Source: Gracilinanus agilis (taxonomy: Eukaryota). Taken from it: a stretch of 61,342 nt of DNA. The stretch is from the NCBI RefSeq assembly GCF_016433145.1, contig NC_058131.1:591757626-591818967 (forward strand), in the 5' to 3' direction. The notes beneath the pieces were generated by a model, which saw only the letters and a program-made list of their open reading frames with translations, made no database searches and had not been told where the DNA came from. Positions 24,861 to 37,970 of the stretch are shown in pieces (within the stretch, counting starts at the first letter, position 1; every line of letters starts with the position of its first letter). The position numbers were made by a program, and so were the translations under genes.

Positions 24861-26159
24861 CAATCCCCCAAACCCAAGCTCACTTTGGTCCAATTTCAAG
24901 GTTTGCTAGAGAATCCACACAGTGCTAGTAAAAGACCTTTTAACCAGGAACAGAATGAAAACTGTAGAGCAGAAACAGACGTAGGGAAAAAAAAAAACCA
25001 ACAACAACCTTGCAGGCAGAGACAGAATTCAGGATCCAAGTAAGAGTTGTGATGGCCAAAGCCTGAAGTCTTTATAAGCTAAGTGTTCAATGTGGCTGCC
25101 TAAGATCATCCGCCAATATGGCCCTGAGAGAACAAATAAGGGACCTTGCAGTGAGAGCAAGGGGAAGGAAAGCATTCGGCTGAAAGATTGACTGATCTTG
25201 CTACAGATCAGATGGATGGTTCTAAATGACCTGTAAAGACATTCCCTGAGCCCTGGGCCACAACATTAAGAGCCCAGACACCACTAGCACTTCTGAAGTA
25301 GTTATTAGTGACTGAAGTAGCAGTTGTCAACTGCGACTTCAGTTTCAAGTAATGGTTTAACAGCATCAACTTGAGGAAAGGTTATATCTCTGTGTGTCTG
25401 GTGTACTGCTGACACTTAAAGGAAATAATTGGTAGATTTAGAGCAGGCAGAGAAGCCAGTGGGTAAAACAAGAAGGGCGGTTGAAAACTTAGAACAGAAC
25501 TGCAGTATTAGAGTGTGAAACCAAAGTCAAGAATTCTTCCTAAGTTGTGGCATAAGAAGCATAAATGACCTGTAATCTAATCAGCCATACAAATTCCCCC
25601 AAAAAAGGTCATTTGGTTTTTCTCTTGTCCATTGCAAACCACAATTGATCTGGGACGGCATATGACTAGTTTCCCCATGAATCTGCACCCTAACACAAGT
25701 AAAAAAAAAACAAATACAGTCAACTTTACTCTGACTTCAGAAAGGGTAAGTTCTATATTTTTTTAAAAATCTTCTTTGAATGTGAAAACGATAGGAATGA
25801 GACAGTAACACAGTTTCCTTTTTACCTGTTGCTCTGCCCTTCAACATGAGAGCCATCAACAAGATCTATAGCTCATACACCCATATGATTGTCATCACTT
25901 TCCAATTAATGATATCTGATTTGGATGTTGATGGATCATGTTAGCAGATGAGGTATTGGAGTACTCTAACCAGCAAAGCAAAAGGTTGTATATATGTATG
26001 TCTCCATATGTTTCTTATAAGCTTTCTACTCCTTAAAATAAAACTATCTTAACAAAAAAAAAGTTAGTCGCTTTTAACAAAGTACAAACAATTTGAAATA
26101 TTTAAATGAACAAGTTTTTATAAAGGGAAATTTTACTTAAATTACTTTTCCCAGAATTT

Positions 26160-27560
26160 TTGTTAACATATGATATTGAAATATCTTTAAGCTCAATTTC
26201 ATCTCCCATTCTTTCCTTCTTTGCTCTAGTTTCCAAAGAAATTGTGGTCCTTTACCTTGTTAAGGCCAAGTTCTCTTCTTATGCCCTTTCCATTCCTCCA
26301 AGACCTTATCTCTTTAATCAGTTGCTCTCTTTTTATCTTCAATATTCTTTTATCCAATAGCTCCTTCCCACCTCTTATATGCCCAAATATCTCTCATAAA
26401 AATGCTTTCACTTAGTCCTACCATCCCCTGAAGATATTGTATTACATTCTCACCTTCTCTTCATAAGAAAAACTCCTAGAAGAAAATGTATACACAGATT
26501 GCCTCTACTTCTTTGCCTCCAACTTTTTAGTTCCTTTCAACTGGACTTCCAGTTCAACAGTTCCAACGAGACTATTTTCTCTATGGTTACCAAAGATCTC
26601 ACTAAATACTCTAACACTAAATACAAAGGTCTTTTCTTCACTTTTCTTGACACTGTGACCACTCCTACATCTGGATAGTCTCTCCTCCTAATTGAATATA
26701 TTTAACATAGTTTGGACTTTCCCCTGAAACTCACCTCTTCTCTAAGTTTCTCCCTATTACTCTCAAAAGCACCACTATCAATAGTCACCTAAGCTCTCAG
26801 TCATTTTCAAGCCTTCGCCTTTCCTTTACTCCTCATACATAATCAGTTGCCAAGTCTCTCAATCAATCCCTTCTCTCACATGGCCACCAATCCATTTCAA
26901 ATTCTTGCCATTTTTCCTTGACTATTGTAATAGCCTACTCATTTGAGACCTTTTCTTTAGTTTCTCTCTTTTCCCATCCATCTCAAATATAGCTGAAAAA
27001 CTGATATGCTGAGAAGTATCAGATCTGGACCACCTTACTTCCTTCCTTAAGAAACTTCAGTGACTGCCTAATACCTTTAAAATATGAACTCTATTTTCCA
27101 TTTAAAGCCCTGCATAACTTTTTTGCAACCTATCTTTCTAAATTGATCTTATAATATTTGTCAGGAAGAACCAATTATAGGAAAACTGGCCTATGGTACC
27201 TGTTGCTCCTTGTACTTGTACATGACATTACAACTCTTGATTCTGACTTTTATACAATCTGTTCTCCAGTCTTGAAGTTCTCTCTCTTTTCACTTTTACC
27301 TCTCAGGATTACTAGATTCCTTTAAAACTTTACTTATATCACTAACTGGAAGAGTTTCTTCCTCATCCTTCATTTATTAGTGCTCTTCCTATCCTCTCCA
27401 AATTACTTTGTATTTATCTGTATACATCTTTTAATCCAATAATCCAATAATAAGGTCCTTTAGGAAAGGTTGCAATTTTTTTCATTTTTGTCTTTGTATT
27501 TCTAGTACCTAGTATAGTACCTACAACATAGTAAGAGCTTAATTTAAAATTAATTACTAT
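26160..27560 (+). mobile_element. L2 fragment(s)
   Basis: Long pyrimidine-rich L2 body ending in tttgtatttctagtacctagtatagtacctacaacatagtaagagctt. Confidence 0.72.
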
Positions 27561-27794
27561 TATTAATAACTACTAATTAAAATTAATTAACTACTAAGCT
27601 AGATATTTATAATTAACCTTGCTTAAAACCTACATATCGCAAACTTCTCACTATAAGAATTTTTATCCAGTCTAGCTTTTAAGCTTTTGTATTGTTACCA
27701 TTTAGTACATGCAGCATAATTATTCATATTAAACTACCACCATTCATATCATAGTATCACCTTGGAGAATCACACCTACCTTCGTAGTAAGCCT

Positions 27795-27985
27795 ACTTCA
27801 ATTATAGGATGATATCATGAAATAAGGGCTGACTCTGAATTAAGAGGACCTGAATGAATCCTAGCTTTGCCACCTCCTACTTAGGTTACATTGGGCAAAT
27901 CTCTCTGGGTCTGATTTTCTTTATGTGTAAAATAAAGATGTTGAATTGGATGATTTCTAAATTCTCCTCTAGCTCTAATTTTTTA
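27795..27985 (+). mobile_element. MIR/MIR3 fragment
   Basis: gaatcctagctttgccacc...ttgggcaaatctctctgggtctgattttctttatgtgtaaaat. Confidence 0.6.
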
Positions 27986-29242
27986 ATCCAATTATATTTT
28001 ATTTAGATGAAGAAAGCTATGAAGGAAACATAAAATTGGTTTTGCCATTCTGTGCCATTAGAAAGATACCATTCCGATTAGAATTCATCAGGAGAAGTAA
28101 AATATCCCACATTACAAGGGCTTCCAATTTTCTTGTGTCTCTGGGAATCCAACAAGAAATGTTTAAAAGGAGAAAAAAAAAGCAAATGACATAAAAACTA
28201 ACGGAAGGTTGGGCTGAATTGAACACTGGCACCTTGCCAGGGAAAGATAACCCCATCACTGACAAGGGCATCTCATACATCACGTGGGCTGAGCAAGTTT
28301 AATCAGGTGTACCTTGTAAGCCATTGTTATGTAGAGCAGTCTCTCTGGTACATTGAGCCAACAGAACTAAGTCTTAAATGGAATGGCAGACTATTCACCT
28401 GGGAGGTGTTAAATCTTCCGTCTATTCCTATAGGGACTTCATGTTCCCCATAATTAATTCCTTCACTGTATGTCTCTATATCTTTACACTATAGTGGTCA
28501 TTATGAACTTGTGTGATGGCTCTTGAAGACAGCTCTGACTCTCTAAACTTGGTGGTTTGGAAGCAAATGGAGACACGTTCAGTGTCGCTCTAACAAGGTT
28601 CTGACAGGAATGTGGCCAATGCATAGTCCACATCTCCACATGCACACATACAAGTGCACATGTACACACTCACAGGAGAACTGCTGAGGCGGCTTTTATT
28701 TTGGCAAAGGATAGACTTGTCAGACATGTCAGCAGATAGCATCCACAGAGCTGGAAGACTGAAAATGAACTGCATTGCAACAAACAGAGATTTCACAACT
28801 GAAAGCTGCACACTGACATTTATATTAGCTTAGTTTGACATGACCTGACGGTTTGGACTGGATGAAGAGAAACTATCTTCAGCATTCATCCACTACGCTG
28901 TTCAAGAGTTTGTGATTGTTCTGTAAAGTACCTCTTTCAGCCCAAGCCCATTTAGGTAATACATCATGCAAAATGCTGCCATTCTCAACATAGGTTCTTG
29001 TAGGGGCTTGCAGAAGGTCAGTATGAAGATAATAAAAAGCATCAAGTTTTAAACAGAACTAAACCTTCCAAAGTGGTTTTTCTAAACATAGGGGTAGAAT
29101 GGCATCCATGGATGGGGTAGAAGTTTTCCAGCATACTATAATCTAACTCTGGGAGCAAATGACTGGGGTCATTAATAGAAAGTAAACTTGAAAGGTAGGG
29201 ATGATTTCATTTGACTTTGAATCCTGTGTCATTTGGAATTCA

Positions 29243-29680
29243 TGTAAAACCTGGAAGACTATGTCTCCCAGGACTCCCTGCTATAACTTCCCCAATATCT
29301 CCCACTTCCTTTGTGGGAGGTGTCAGAGAAAGTATAAAAGAGTGAGTTTTGAGCCTTTTTGCTCTCTACCCTGGAGCTCTCTGCTCTCTAGAGCCTGGAG
29401 GCTGGCTGAAGCTCTCTACCCTAATCTCACTCTCTTGGTGCCTTTTTCCTACCTCCTAGTTTTCCCTAGACCTTCCCTTTCCTAATCTAAAATAAAACCT
29501 AGCTATTCTAAACCCTAAAGTTGCTCTCTGATCTTTTATTTGAGCCCTGAAGGGCTCTGGCCAATTTCCCCCACCGGGGCTGGGGATGCTACCTTCCTTT
29601 CCCTTCCTCTACCTTCCTATCTCCTTTCTCCCATTCCTCCAATCCACCTACCTTCATCCCTTCACCCCCCCCCCCCCACA
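29243..29680 (+). mobile_element. Probable solo LTR (ERV-derived)
   Basis: Starts TG (tgtaaaacc), TATAAAA at 29333, AATAAA at 29491, ends CA, ~440 bp. TSD not evident. Confidence 0.62.
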
Positions 29681-30450
29681 ATCCCCAGTGCCTAGCACAG
29701 AACTTAATAAACAGTAATCACTTAATAAATGCATGTGGTTTGAGTGATGGATTATGCTACAACATACCTCGATGACAATCCCTAAGACTAAAATGACATT
29801 GCTTCTGTTTATTCTTGGCCAGGGAGTAGGAACCTATAAGGAAGGACACTGGAAGGCATTGGAGTTTTTTCTCTCTCAACTTCTGATCACTCCTGGAACT
29901 TGGAAAGCACTAAATAAATATTTATGGATTGATTGATTGGTTGGTTGGTTATAAAGAATATTAGTTGGTGAGTAGTGCAGTTTGTATTAGAAAGGAGCCA
30001 TATTTGATCAGTTCTGGAGTCCTATTTTTATTTTTAGAAATTTTAAACTTTTATAATTTCATTGGTACAGAGAACTACAGGGGCCAGACATTATGCCCTG
30101 CAGGTGACTGATGTATGTAGGTCAGTATTTCAGGTAGGACCTAGCCATATTTTGCTCTACTCTCTACTCCCTAGATACCTTCTCAAGAGTTTCACCACTA
30201 TCTACCTTCCCTTCCTCCACTTCTATGATTCTGGATGCACAATAAAATCAAATCTGTTTTTCTTCCTTGAAGGACTGTGTAAGTTTATTCATGTACCTCT
30301 ATGCACCATTAAAGTCACTTTCCAAACTAACATACTCTTCCCTAGCTACATTCTCTGTGTTATCATCTCCTACAGCCTACTAGAATATGAATTTCTTGAG
30401 AACAAGAATTATCTTAATTTTGGTTTTGTATTCCTAGCACGTAGTAAGGG
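29681..30450 (+). mobile_element. Cluster of L2 3'-end fragments
   Basis: Three L2 termini at ~29685-29750, ~29830-29945 and ~30130-30450. Confidence 0.6.
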
Positions 30451-30554
30451 GAAAGGGACTGGGAATGGACCTATGATTTCACTGGTAGAGGGAGATCTAA
30501 GGAGAAGAAACTCCCTTTACCAGCATAGGTTGGCATATTTTCTGCATCTTATAG

Positions 30555-30690
30555 TTTGAAGTCTGACTAGAGAGAACACTGGTATATTAAGTGACTTGCC
30601 CAGAATCATACATTTAATATGTATCAAAGGTAAAACTTGAACCCACACCCTCGGGTTCTGATGCTAGTTCTCTATACACTATCATATTAT
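30555..30690 (-). mobile_element. MIR fragment
   Basis: aagtgacttgcccagaatcatac...acttgaaccc. Confidence 0.55.
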
Positions 30691-32544
30691 CTCTGTGTTC
30701 CATAGTATTTAATGCTTTATTTAATCTGTTCATTCATTTATAACAAGTTAGAACTTAAAATGGCAGAGATGATGATTCTTACTTCATTTTATATGATTTA
30801 ACCTTAAACAGTTTAGATATTCTTTCTTGACAACCCTAACCAATGTTTAGGTAGGGCCTAGGTTATCTTCATTATCATAGACACAGATCCCAAATAGATG
30901 GTTGGGGAAAAGGTTGCTTTAGAGTGTGATTACCAAGGGAAATTGGCATTCTAATTGGTTGAGGACAAGCAGAAATTGACCATGATTCTCCATTATTTTT
31001 CTTTTGATCCTCCATTTTTAAAATTACATTCATTTACTAACTTCAGCCAAGAAAAAATGTGTCCACATTTTCTCTTATTTTTAGATCCCAAAATTTTACT
31101 TCCTGCCTAAAATCTTATAGTACCATTGAGTCTCCAACAAAGTAAAATAAAGCGAATTCTTTGGTTCCTTCTAATGGAGAGAACAGATATAAGTAAACTC
31201 TATATCAGTCAAAGGAGCTGAGGAATTAATTGCTGAGCTTCACTGGTGAATAATAGTGCCACCTTTCATATACCAAGATAATATTATAGTATGATATGGT
31301 AGATAATAATATTACCCACCATCACCAGAAGTTTGGAGTTATTTTTCTAATAGTGGTGGTAGTTTTACATTGAGCAATTCACACTCATATGTTTGCCTTT
31401 GTGACAAAAAACATGATTTTATGAGCCACCTGGTCAACATTAATATTTCTACTTATGGCTAATGAAAAGAACCATTCTAGTAAGATTCCTCCAATATGGT
31501 TCACTTGTAGATTACATATGGAAACAGTTTTCATACACAGTTAGAGTAGGTTCATTGCCTTATTTTTCAAGGTTGATCTTAATACTTCAAACATTTGTGA
31601 TTTCACTGAGACAAACATTTTCTTTGCTTGTGCACATTGCCTTATGCCTTTATTTTTCTAGACAGTTTTCATAATTAATATGGCTGAAAAAATCATGCCA
31701 GACTTAGGAAGATGAGTTCATAGATGAGATATGCAGGTAGCCCCTCTGTTCATACTCACAGCCTTCCAGTTCAGAAAGATTTGTCAGAGTTCTTCTACTT
31801 CCATTGCCCTCAAGAATCCAGGGCTGCCTCCTAATCAGAATGAGGAATCAAGTAGGACTTCAATGAATACATTTTTAAAATAGTTCATAGAAATTAGGAC
31901 TTTGTCTTTCCAGATAAATTATTCTGGAAGATGGAGTCTATTGCATGGAATTTCATCTTGACCTTCATTTTACTCATATTATTGCTTTTAATCTTACTAA
32001 ACTATTTAAAAATATTTACATAACTTTTAAGTTATGAGTCCTGGGAAAGGATATTTGCCTTGTATCATGGAAATCAGAGATGTAAGGCACCTCAGTGCCA
32101 GAGAGGGCAAATAACTTTTCTGGTCACACATTGAGTTCATGGGAAAGTCAAATCAAATGATTCAAACTCAACCTTGTTCAGTATATTTCAAGTCATACCA
32201 ACAGGAAAAAAAATTAATGATGTGATGTGATTAAAGTAATTCCATTCATTCAGTTTGCTAAACATTTATAGCCAAATGGACAGAACACTAAGCCAAAGAC
32301 AGATTCTAGACCCAGCTTTGAGGCTAATTTACTGTATGTTTTGGGGCAAATCCCTTCACTTATTGGTATTGTCATTTTCTTATCTTTAAAATACAGCTAA
32401 TCTTATGTTTCTGTTATATCTCTTAGAAATGGGATCAAGTGAAAAAAAGTATGTAAAAGTATTTTGGTGGAAAAAAAACCCCAAAGTAATGTAAATTAAG
32501 TACAAATAATCAAACTAATATATCATGACCAGAAAGTACTACAT

Positions 32545-32790
32545 ATGTAAATGGTGCAGTGGATAGAAAGTGGGACCTGGAATCAAGAATTCTTTGGTTT
32601 CTCCTTGTCTCAGCCACTGCTAGCTATGTGACTCTGGGTAAGGCACTTACACTTTCTCAGTTTAGGCTTACTCATCTGTAAAAAGAAGATGATTAAAGCA
32701 CTTTATTTCCCAGGGTTATGTAAGGGTAAAATGAGATATTCATAAAATGCTTTGCAAAACTTAAAGCACTATATATAAATGCTATCCATA
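32545..32790 (+). mobile_element. MIR/MAR-type SINE
   Basis: ggtgcagtggatagaaagtgggacctggaatcaagaa...ctagctatgtgactctggg...ctcatctgtaaaa. Confidence 0.7.
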
Positions 32791-32864
32791 TGTAGAGTCT
32801 TTTGCTAAAGACAGACAACACATATATGCATTCTATGCAAATGAATGCATCTATATAGAAAAAG

Positions 32865-33110
32865 AGAAGGGAATAAGTATTTATACAGTGCCCACTATGT
32901 GCCACTGTGCTAGGTACTTTTTACAAATATTGTACCATTTTTTTTACAATAACTCTGCTATTATCATCCCCGTTTTATAGTTAAGAAAGTGAGGCAAACA
33001 GAGTTTAAATGAATTGCTCAGATTCAGATAGTTAAATAAGTGTCTGAGGTCAAATTTGAACTTAGGTCTTCCTGACTCTAGCCCCAACCCTCTATCCATT
33101 GCCTTATCAG
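32865..33110 (-). mobile_element. MIR/MAR-type SINE
   Basis: ctatgtgccactgtgctagg...atccccgttttatagttaagaaagtgagg...tttgaacttaggtcttcctgactc. Confidence 0.75.
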
Positions 33111-35439
33111 TTTCTTCAGACATACTCCAATTTGTAACAGTCAAAATCACTAACATAAAACTGAAATCTAAATGGAAAAAAAGTTAAGATAGAATGCAGA
33201 TATTTGAGTCAATAAAAAGAAGAAGAAAGACAAATTAGATGGAGCTATCTGAGAGGTTTCTGTAGAATAGGAAGCTGGGTTATCTTTGCAGCCTGGAAGC
33301 CGACATTTCTACTTCTTGCATCTATAATTGCTTAGCCTGTTATCACCTCACCTCTGTAGGTTGACTAACTAGGAAACGTGTCATCAAAGACTTGGGAGGA
33401 TATGGGACAAAAAGGGAAAGGGTATAAACCAAAGGAAGATGGCTCCACGTCCTCTTATAGGGGCAGCCGAGGTGGCAGAAAAGGCCTGGGGTCTGGGCTT
33501 TCATCACAAAGTGTGTAGGATGTTACATCCAGAACAAACAATACACAGTGAACACTGCTATAGCATGCTCGCTATAATTTTTCGGTCTGATGTCTAGTGG
33601 AAGGGTGACAACATCAGAATATGCTCCATCATACTCTTAGCAGAAGCCACAGTTCGATAGACATGGGGTCTGAACTTCTTGTCCCTAGGGAAAGTTCCTG
33701 CGGGTCAGGGGTGAGGAACATTGGCAGGGGTCACTGAGGAGGAAGTCTGCAGTGCCTCTGCGCACACAGAATCTGTTCTCTAATAAACAGGAGTCCAGCC
33801 TCAAGGGGTTGTCAGTCCAGAACCTTTCACTAGCACTGAATGGGAGGAAAATACAGCAAAATAAAATACACTCATTTTAAAAGGTTCCAAACTGACTTAA
33901 ACACTGTTCACAAAGGGAACCACTCAGAGTGGCATGAAAGCAAAAGGGATCCTGGGACGGATAGGCTAAAAGGAATTGTTCATGGTTGACTACATCAGGG
34001 TATTTTAATGCAAATACAGGAAATTTGTTAAATATATAATTTATATATTTATTATATTATATATAATTATGTATTATATATATGAATATTGGTGGGAGGG
34101 GGAGAAAATATATCTCCAAATACATCTACTAATCTGGAGGTGTAGATATAAATATATGATTTTTGCTCATTATAGATATTTTTTGCACATTATATATGTT
34201 ATATGTGTATGTGTTCATAGATAAATATATAAAATATATCGGACACACATAAGACACAGCTAATGAGTCCTATTGACCGTAACACTGGACATATCTATAT
34301 TTTTATATAAACGGTCAGTGGTTTAGTTTCCCCTCTGATTGCTACAGACTGAAATTTTGTCTTGCAGCATCATATGAAATGTAGAGGCCTGCAGGGCCCC
34401 CTGAGCCACCCCTCCCATTCTCTGGTCTCTTGGGTAGCCGGAGGATGCACATATTCAGGACAAGCCAAGTGACATAGCCTGTCTTCAGAGAAGGGTCAGT
34501 CAGCTGAAGAGCAAGTGGTGCCCTTAGCAGGTGTTTCAATGTCAAAGGTATTAAAGCTCATTATTTCCTGACTCTACTCTGTGCAAACTCCTCTCCCCAT
34601 CTTTATAGTCATTGACTAGTGGCTGGCCCAGGAGTAGAACTGTCAAGCTGAGCCTATGAAGCTAGTCGCTCACAGGCCGCTCCAACTGGAAAGAAACAGG
34701 ACATGGTGGTGGCCCTTCCATGTGGAATCAGTGATGTATTTCTCATGGGTTTGTCTAAACAGATCACATATACATGGGTAAATTAAATTTGACACTTACT
34801 ATATTTGTTCTTTTTTGGTGTTCACAGAAGAAAAAAAAGAAAAACTAATTAACTAGGTATATAGTTCCATGAAGTTCTTCATTCCACATCTGCTGAATTA
34901 GAGGTCAAATCCACTGATTTACTCATTCATTCAACAAATATTTGTTGAGTCCCTACTATGTGCCAGTGATTTTGCTATCTTTGACACAAATTTGTTATTG
35001 TCTAAAAATTTTTAAAAATCTCCACAAGATTATTTTAAATCCTGAAAAATGGTACAATTTAAAATTTACTTGATATAATAAGATTCAAACAAAAATAATT
35101 TGGAGAGACCAAAAGTTACTATAGATTTAGCCTATATAAAGTATCTAGTTAAAGTTTTAAAAATGTTTTCTGGAATTTCTAACCTTTTCTCAAATTGCAC
35201 ATTTGACATGTCCTATATTCCAGATAGATTGAACTATTCAAATTTCGTAAACATAGCTTCCACTTTCATTTCTCTGTGCCCGTGTTTGTGGTATTCTATC
35301 CTCATCGCCTCCTGCTGAAGTTCTGACTTACTTCAAGAATTAGATGAAATATCATCTTTTTCATAATGCCTTCCCAAATAAGGATGCAGTATAATAGTAT
35401 GAAAAGATCACTGGACTATGAATCAGTAGATGCCTGGTC

Positions 35440-35869
35440 TAGCGTGGAGTACGTAGGGGCCAGCTTGAACCAACTCTGGAAACACAATTGTTAAATTTTC
35501 AGTGTAAGTATTTATACCTCAGAAATGAGCAAATGCTACAAATCAGGGCTTGATTTATTGTTTTGCTGATTGTCTAAGTTAAGAAAATAATGGGAAAATG
35601 TTAATGTATAGTAAGTTTTGTGCATAATTTTTTTTATAAACCCTTGTATTTCGGTGTATTGTCTCATAGGTGGAAGATTGGTAAGGGTGGGCAATGGGGG
35701 TCAAGTGACTTGCCCAGGGTCACACAGCTGGAAAGTGGCTGAGGCCGGGTTTGAACCTAGGACCTCCTGTCTCTAGGCCTGACTCTCACTCCACTGAGCT
35801 ACCCAGCTGCCCCCTGTGCATAATTTTTTTCAGAGAACCAGTTGTTAAATATTTTCTAGCACATCTCTG
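35440..35869 (+). mobile_element. MER63-like hAT-Blackjack non-autonomous element, interrupted by a SINE1
   Basis: attgttaaattttcag, gcaaatgctacaaatcagggcttgatttattgttttg and gagaaccagttgttaaa...ctagcacatctctg are recalled MER63 hallmarks. Confidence 0.75.
35633..35814 (-). mobile_element. Young SINE1-type SINE (same variant as 2297-2484)
   Basis: A/B boxes; TSD tgtgcataattttttt at 35619 and 35815. Confidence 0.96.
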
Positions 35870-36554
35870 ATTCTAGGTCTACCTTGAGACCCTGATGGAT
35901 TTAATCAACCAATCTCAGTTTCAGGTTTTTTATTTGTCCAAAAATAAATTACAATAAGTTGTAATTTATTTTTAATAAATTGAAAGGCAATGGGCCAATT
36001 AAACTATAAACAATGGTAAATCATGCTTCTCTCCTTAGATATGTCAGATATCTCTATCTTATCCCCCTTAATATGAGACTTCTATGAGAAGTATCTTATG
36101 TAGGTATCAATTGGGGATATACAGTCTTTGTTAAACTTGTGGTATAACCACATCCCAGACAAATAACTCCTCGGTGGTTTTATGTATGCTCTGGATATTT
36201 CCTGCTTTTTAAACACAGTCATACACACTAGACTCCTCCATGAGGACATTCACAGAATAAGAGAAATGCTCCTAAACAGAAAAGGAGAGGCTCTTATGAG
36301 AACAATTAACCTGCAGAAGCAACTTTATCTGTTGTGAAGAGGTCATAAGGCACAAGAAATCAGAGATAATTTAGAAATAACAGCAGTTCTACTCTTCCCA
36401 AATACACGTACTTGCTGAATGATACTTCAGTACTGTGATCTATCCTGGATTATTGGTCATTTCTTCTTTCTCTTCATCCTCATAGCATATTCTCTGTGCT
36501 TCTTATATTATACTAATATATCTTCCATGCCATGCTGGAAAGGGTTATTATTTG

Positions 36555-36756
36555 TTTTTTTTTAAACCCTTACCTTCCATCTTGGAGTCAATATTTTGTA
36601 TTGGCTCCAAGGCAGAAGAATAGTAAGGTTAGGCAATGAGGGTCAAGTGACTTGCCCAGGGTCACACAGCTGGGAAGTGTCTGAGGCCAGATTTGAACCT
36701 AGGACCTCCCGTCTCTAGGCCTGACTCTCAATTCACTGAGCTACCCAGCTGGCCCC
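36555..36756 (-). mobile_element. SINE1-type SINE (long-tail variant)
   Basis: A/B boxes and poly(A); short imperfect TSD tatt(t)gttttt. Confidence 0.94.
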
Positions 36757-37324
36757 TATTGTTTTTGAGAGAAAGTAGGGTGAATGACAAACTAAAGGAC
36801 TAAAAGCAAGGGTTATATATAGTTTGGGCTTCATGTCCTCTAGGGGTGTTAAGACAGCAGCGAAGGCCTATGAGGAATCCTATACTTCAAATGCTTTGGG
36901 GGAAAAAAGGAGATAGGCATACTCAGAGTGTAATTTCAAAAATCTGTTTTATCTACATTGCACAAATCTAACCAACAAACCAACTAGAACAAAACTGAAT
37001 AATAAGTAAAGGCTAATAATATACTATATATCTCATAAATGAACATATTTCTCCAAAATATTTGGCAACATATATAACACATTCTAAGATATCCACACAA
37101 AAACATTCTGTGGTCATTTTCTTAGTAAGAACTATAAGGAAAGGTAGAACTCTCTAGACTTTCTTAGATTGGAGCATTATATCATTATGTAGCCCGAGTA
37201 TATAGTAGAAACCCAAAACTTTATATTGCTTGTTTAAAACAATTTGGAAAAACATAGAAAATGGATTCCACATTTATGGACATACATATATACACCTCTC
37301 TCTATATACATGCATGTATATGAA

Positions 37325-37355
<31 letters not shown>

Positions 37356-37368
37356 GTGTGTGTGTGTA
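37325..37368 (+). repeat. Compound (TA)n(TG)n microsatellite
   Basis: Read directly. Confidence 0.9.
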
Positions 37369-37970
37369 CATTTATTTGTTTATTAGAAATTCTTGGTACC
37401 TTAACCAATGATGAATAGTAAAAGCCAAAAGTTTAAGGTAATATGGTCAAAGCAATATAAGAAACAAAATAAGCAATTCAATAGCATAGTTTTTTAAATT
37501 ATACTATAAGAAACCTAAGAAGGAAAGAAATTAAAGGAGAAAGTGAACCCCCAAATAAAGAGGATCCAGAAAATTTATGATTACATACTTGCTCAAAAGA
37601 AGCCCATCATAACAAAAAGACAAGCTAGATCAAACGCAAAACATAAGTCTTGCATATTGTGGATTTAATGAATGATTAAAAAGTTATGTCAATGTATATG
37701 ATCGAAACTAACTTCTTTGAAAAACTGGAAAATTAAAATTCTAGATAAGATTAAAAATTATTGGCTCAAATGTTTCACAATGAATCACAGATTATTAGCA
37801 AAGCATTTTACTGGTTTCCTATATGATACAAACCTAATTTCATTTAAGAAACACCATATGTTTATTATGAAAAGATGGGAATATGTGCAACCCTTCCAAT
37901 AAACACCAATGACATGTCTACATACTTTATACAAAGCAATCACATCTTTGTTGCTCAAAAAATCTTTGGT

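Noticed and set aside
25826-25965. 140-nt minus-strand exon candidate
   Set aside because: Stops in all three frames and weak splice sites.
30062-30559. 165-aa plus-strand ORF
   Set aside because: Runs through L2 3'-end fragments; no recognisable domain or splice context.
33586-33618. Hairpin tctgatgt...acatcaga as a pre-miRNA
   Set aside because: Stem of only 8-9 bp is too short.
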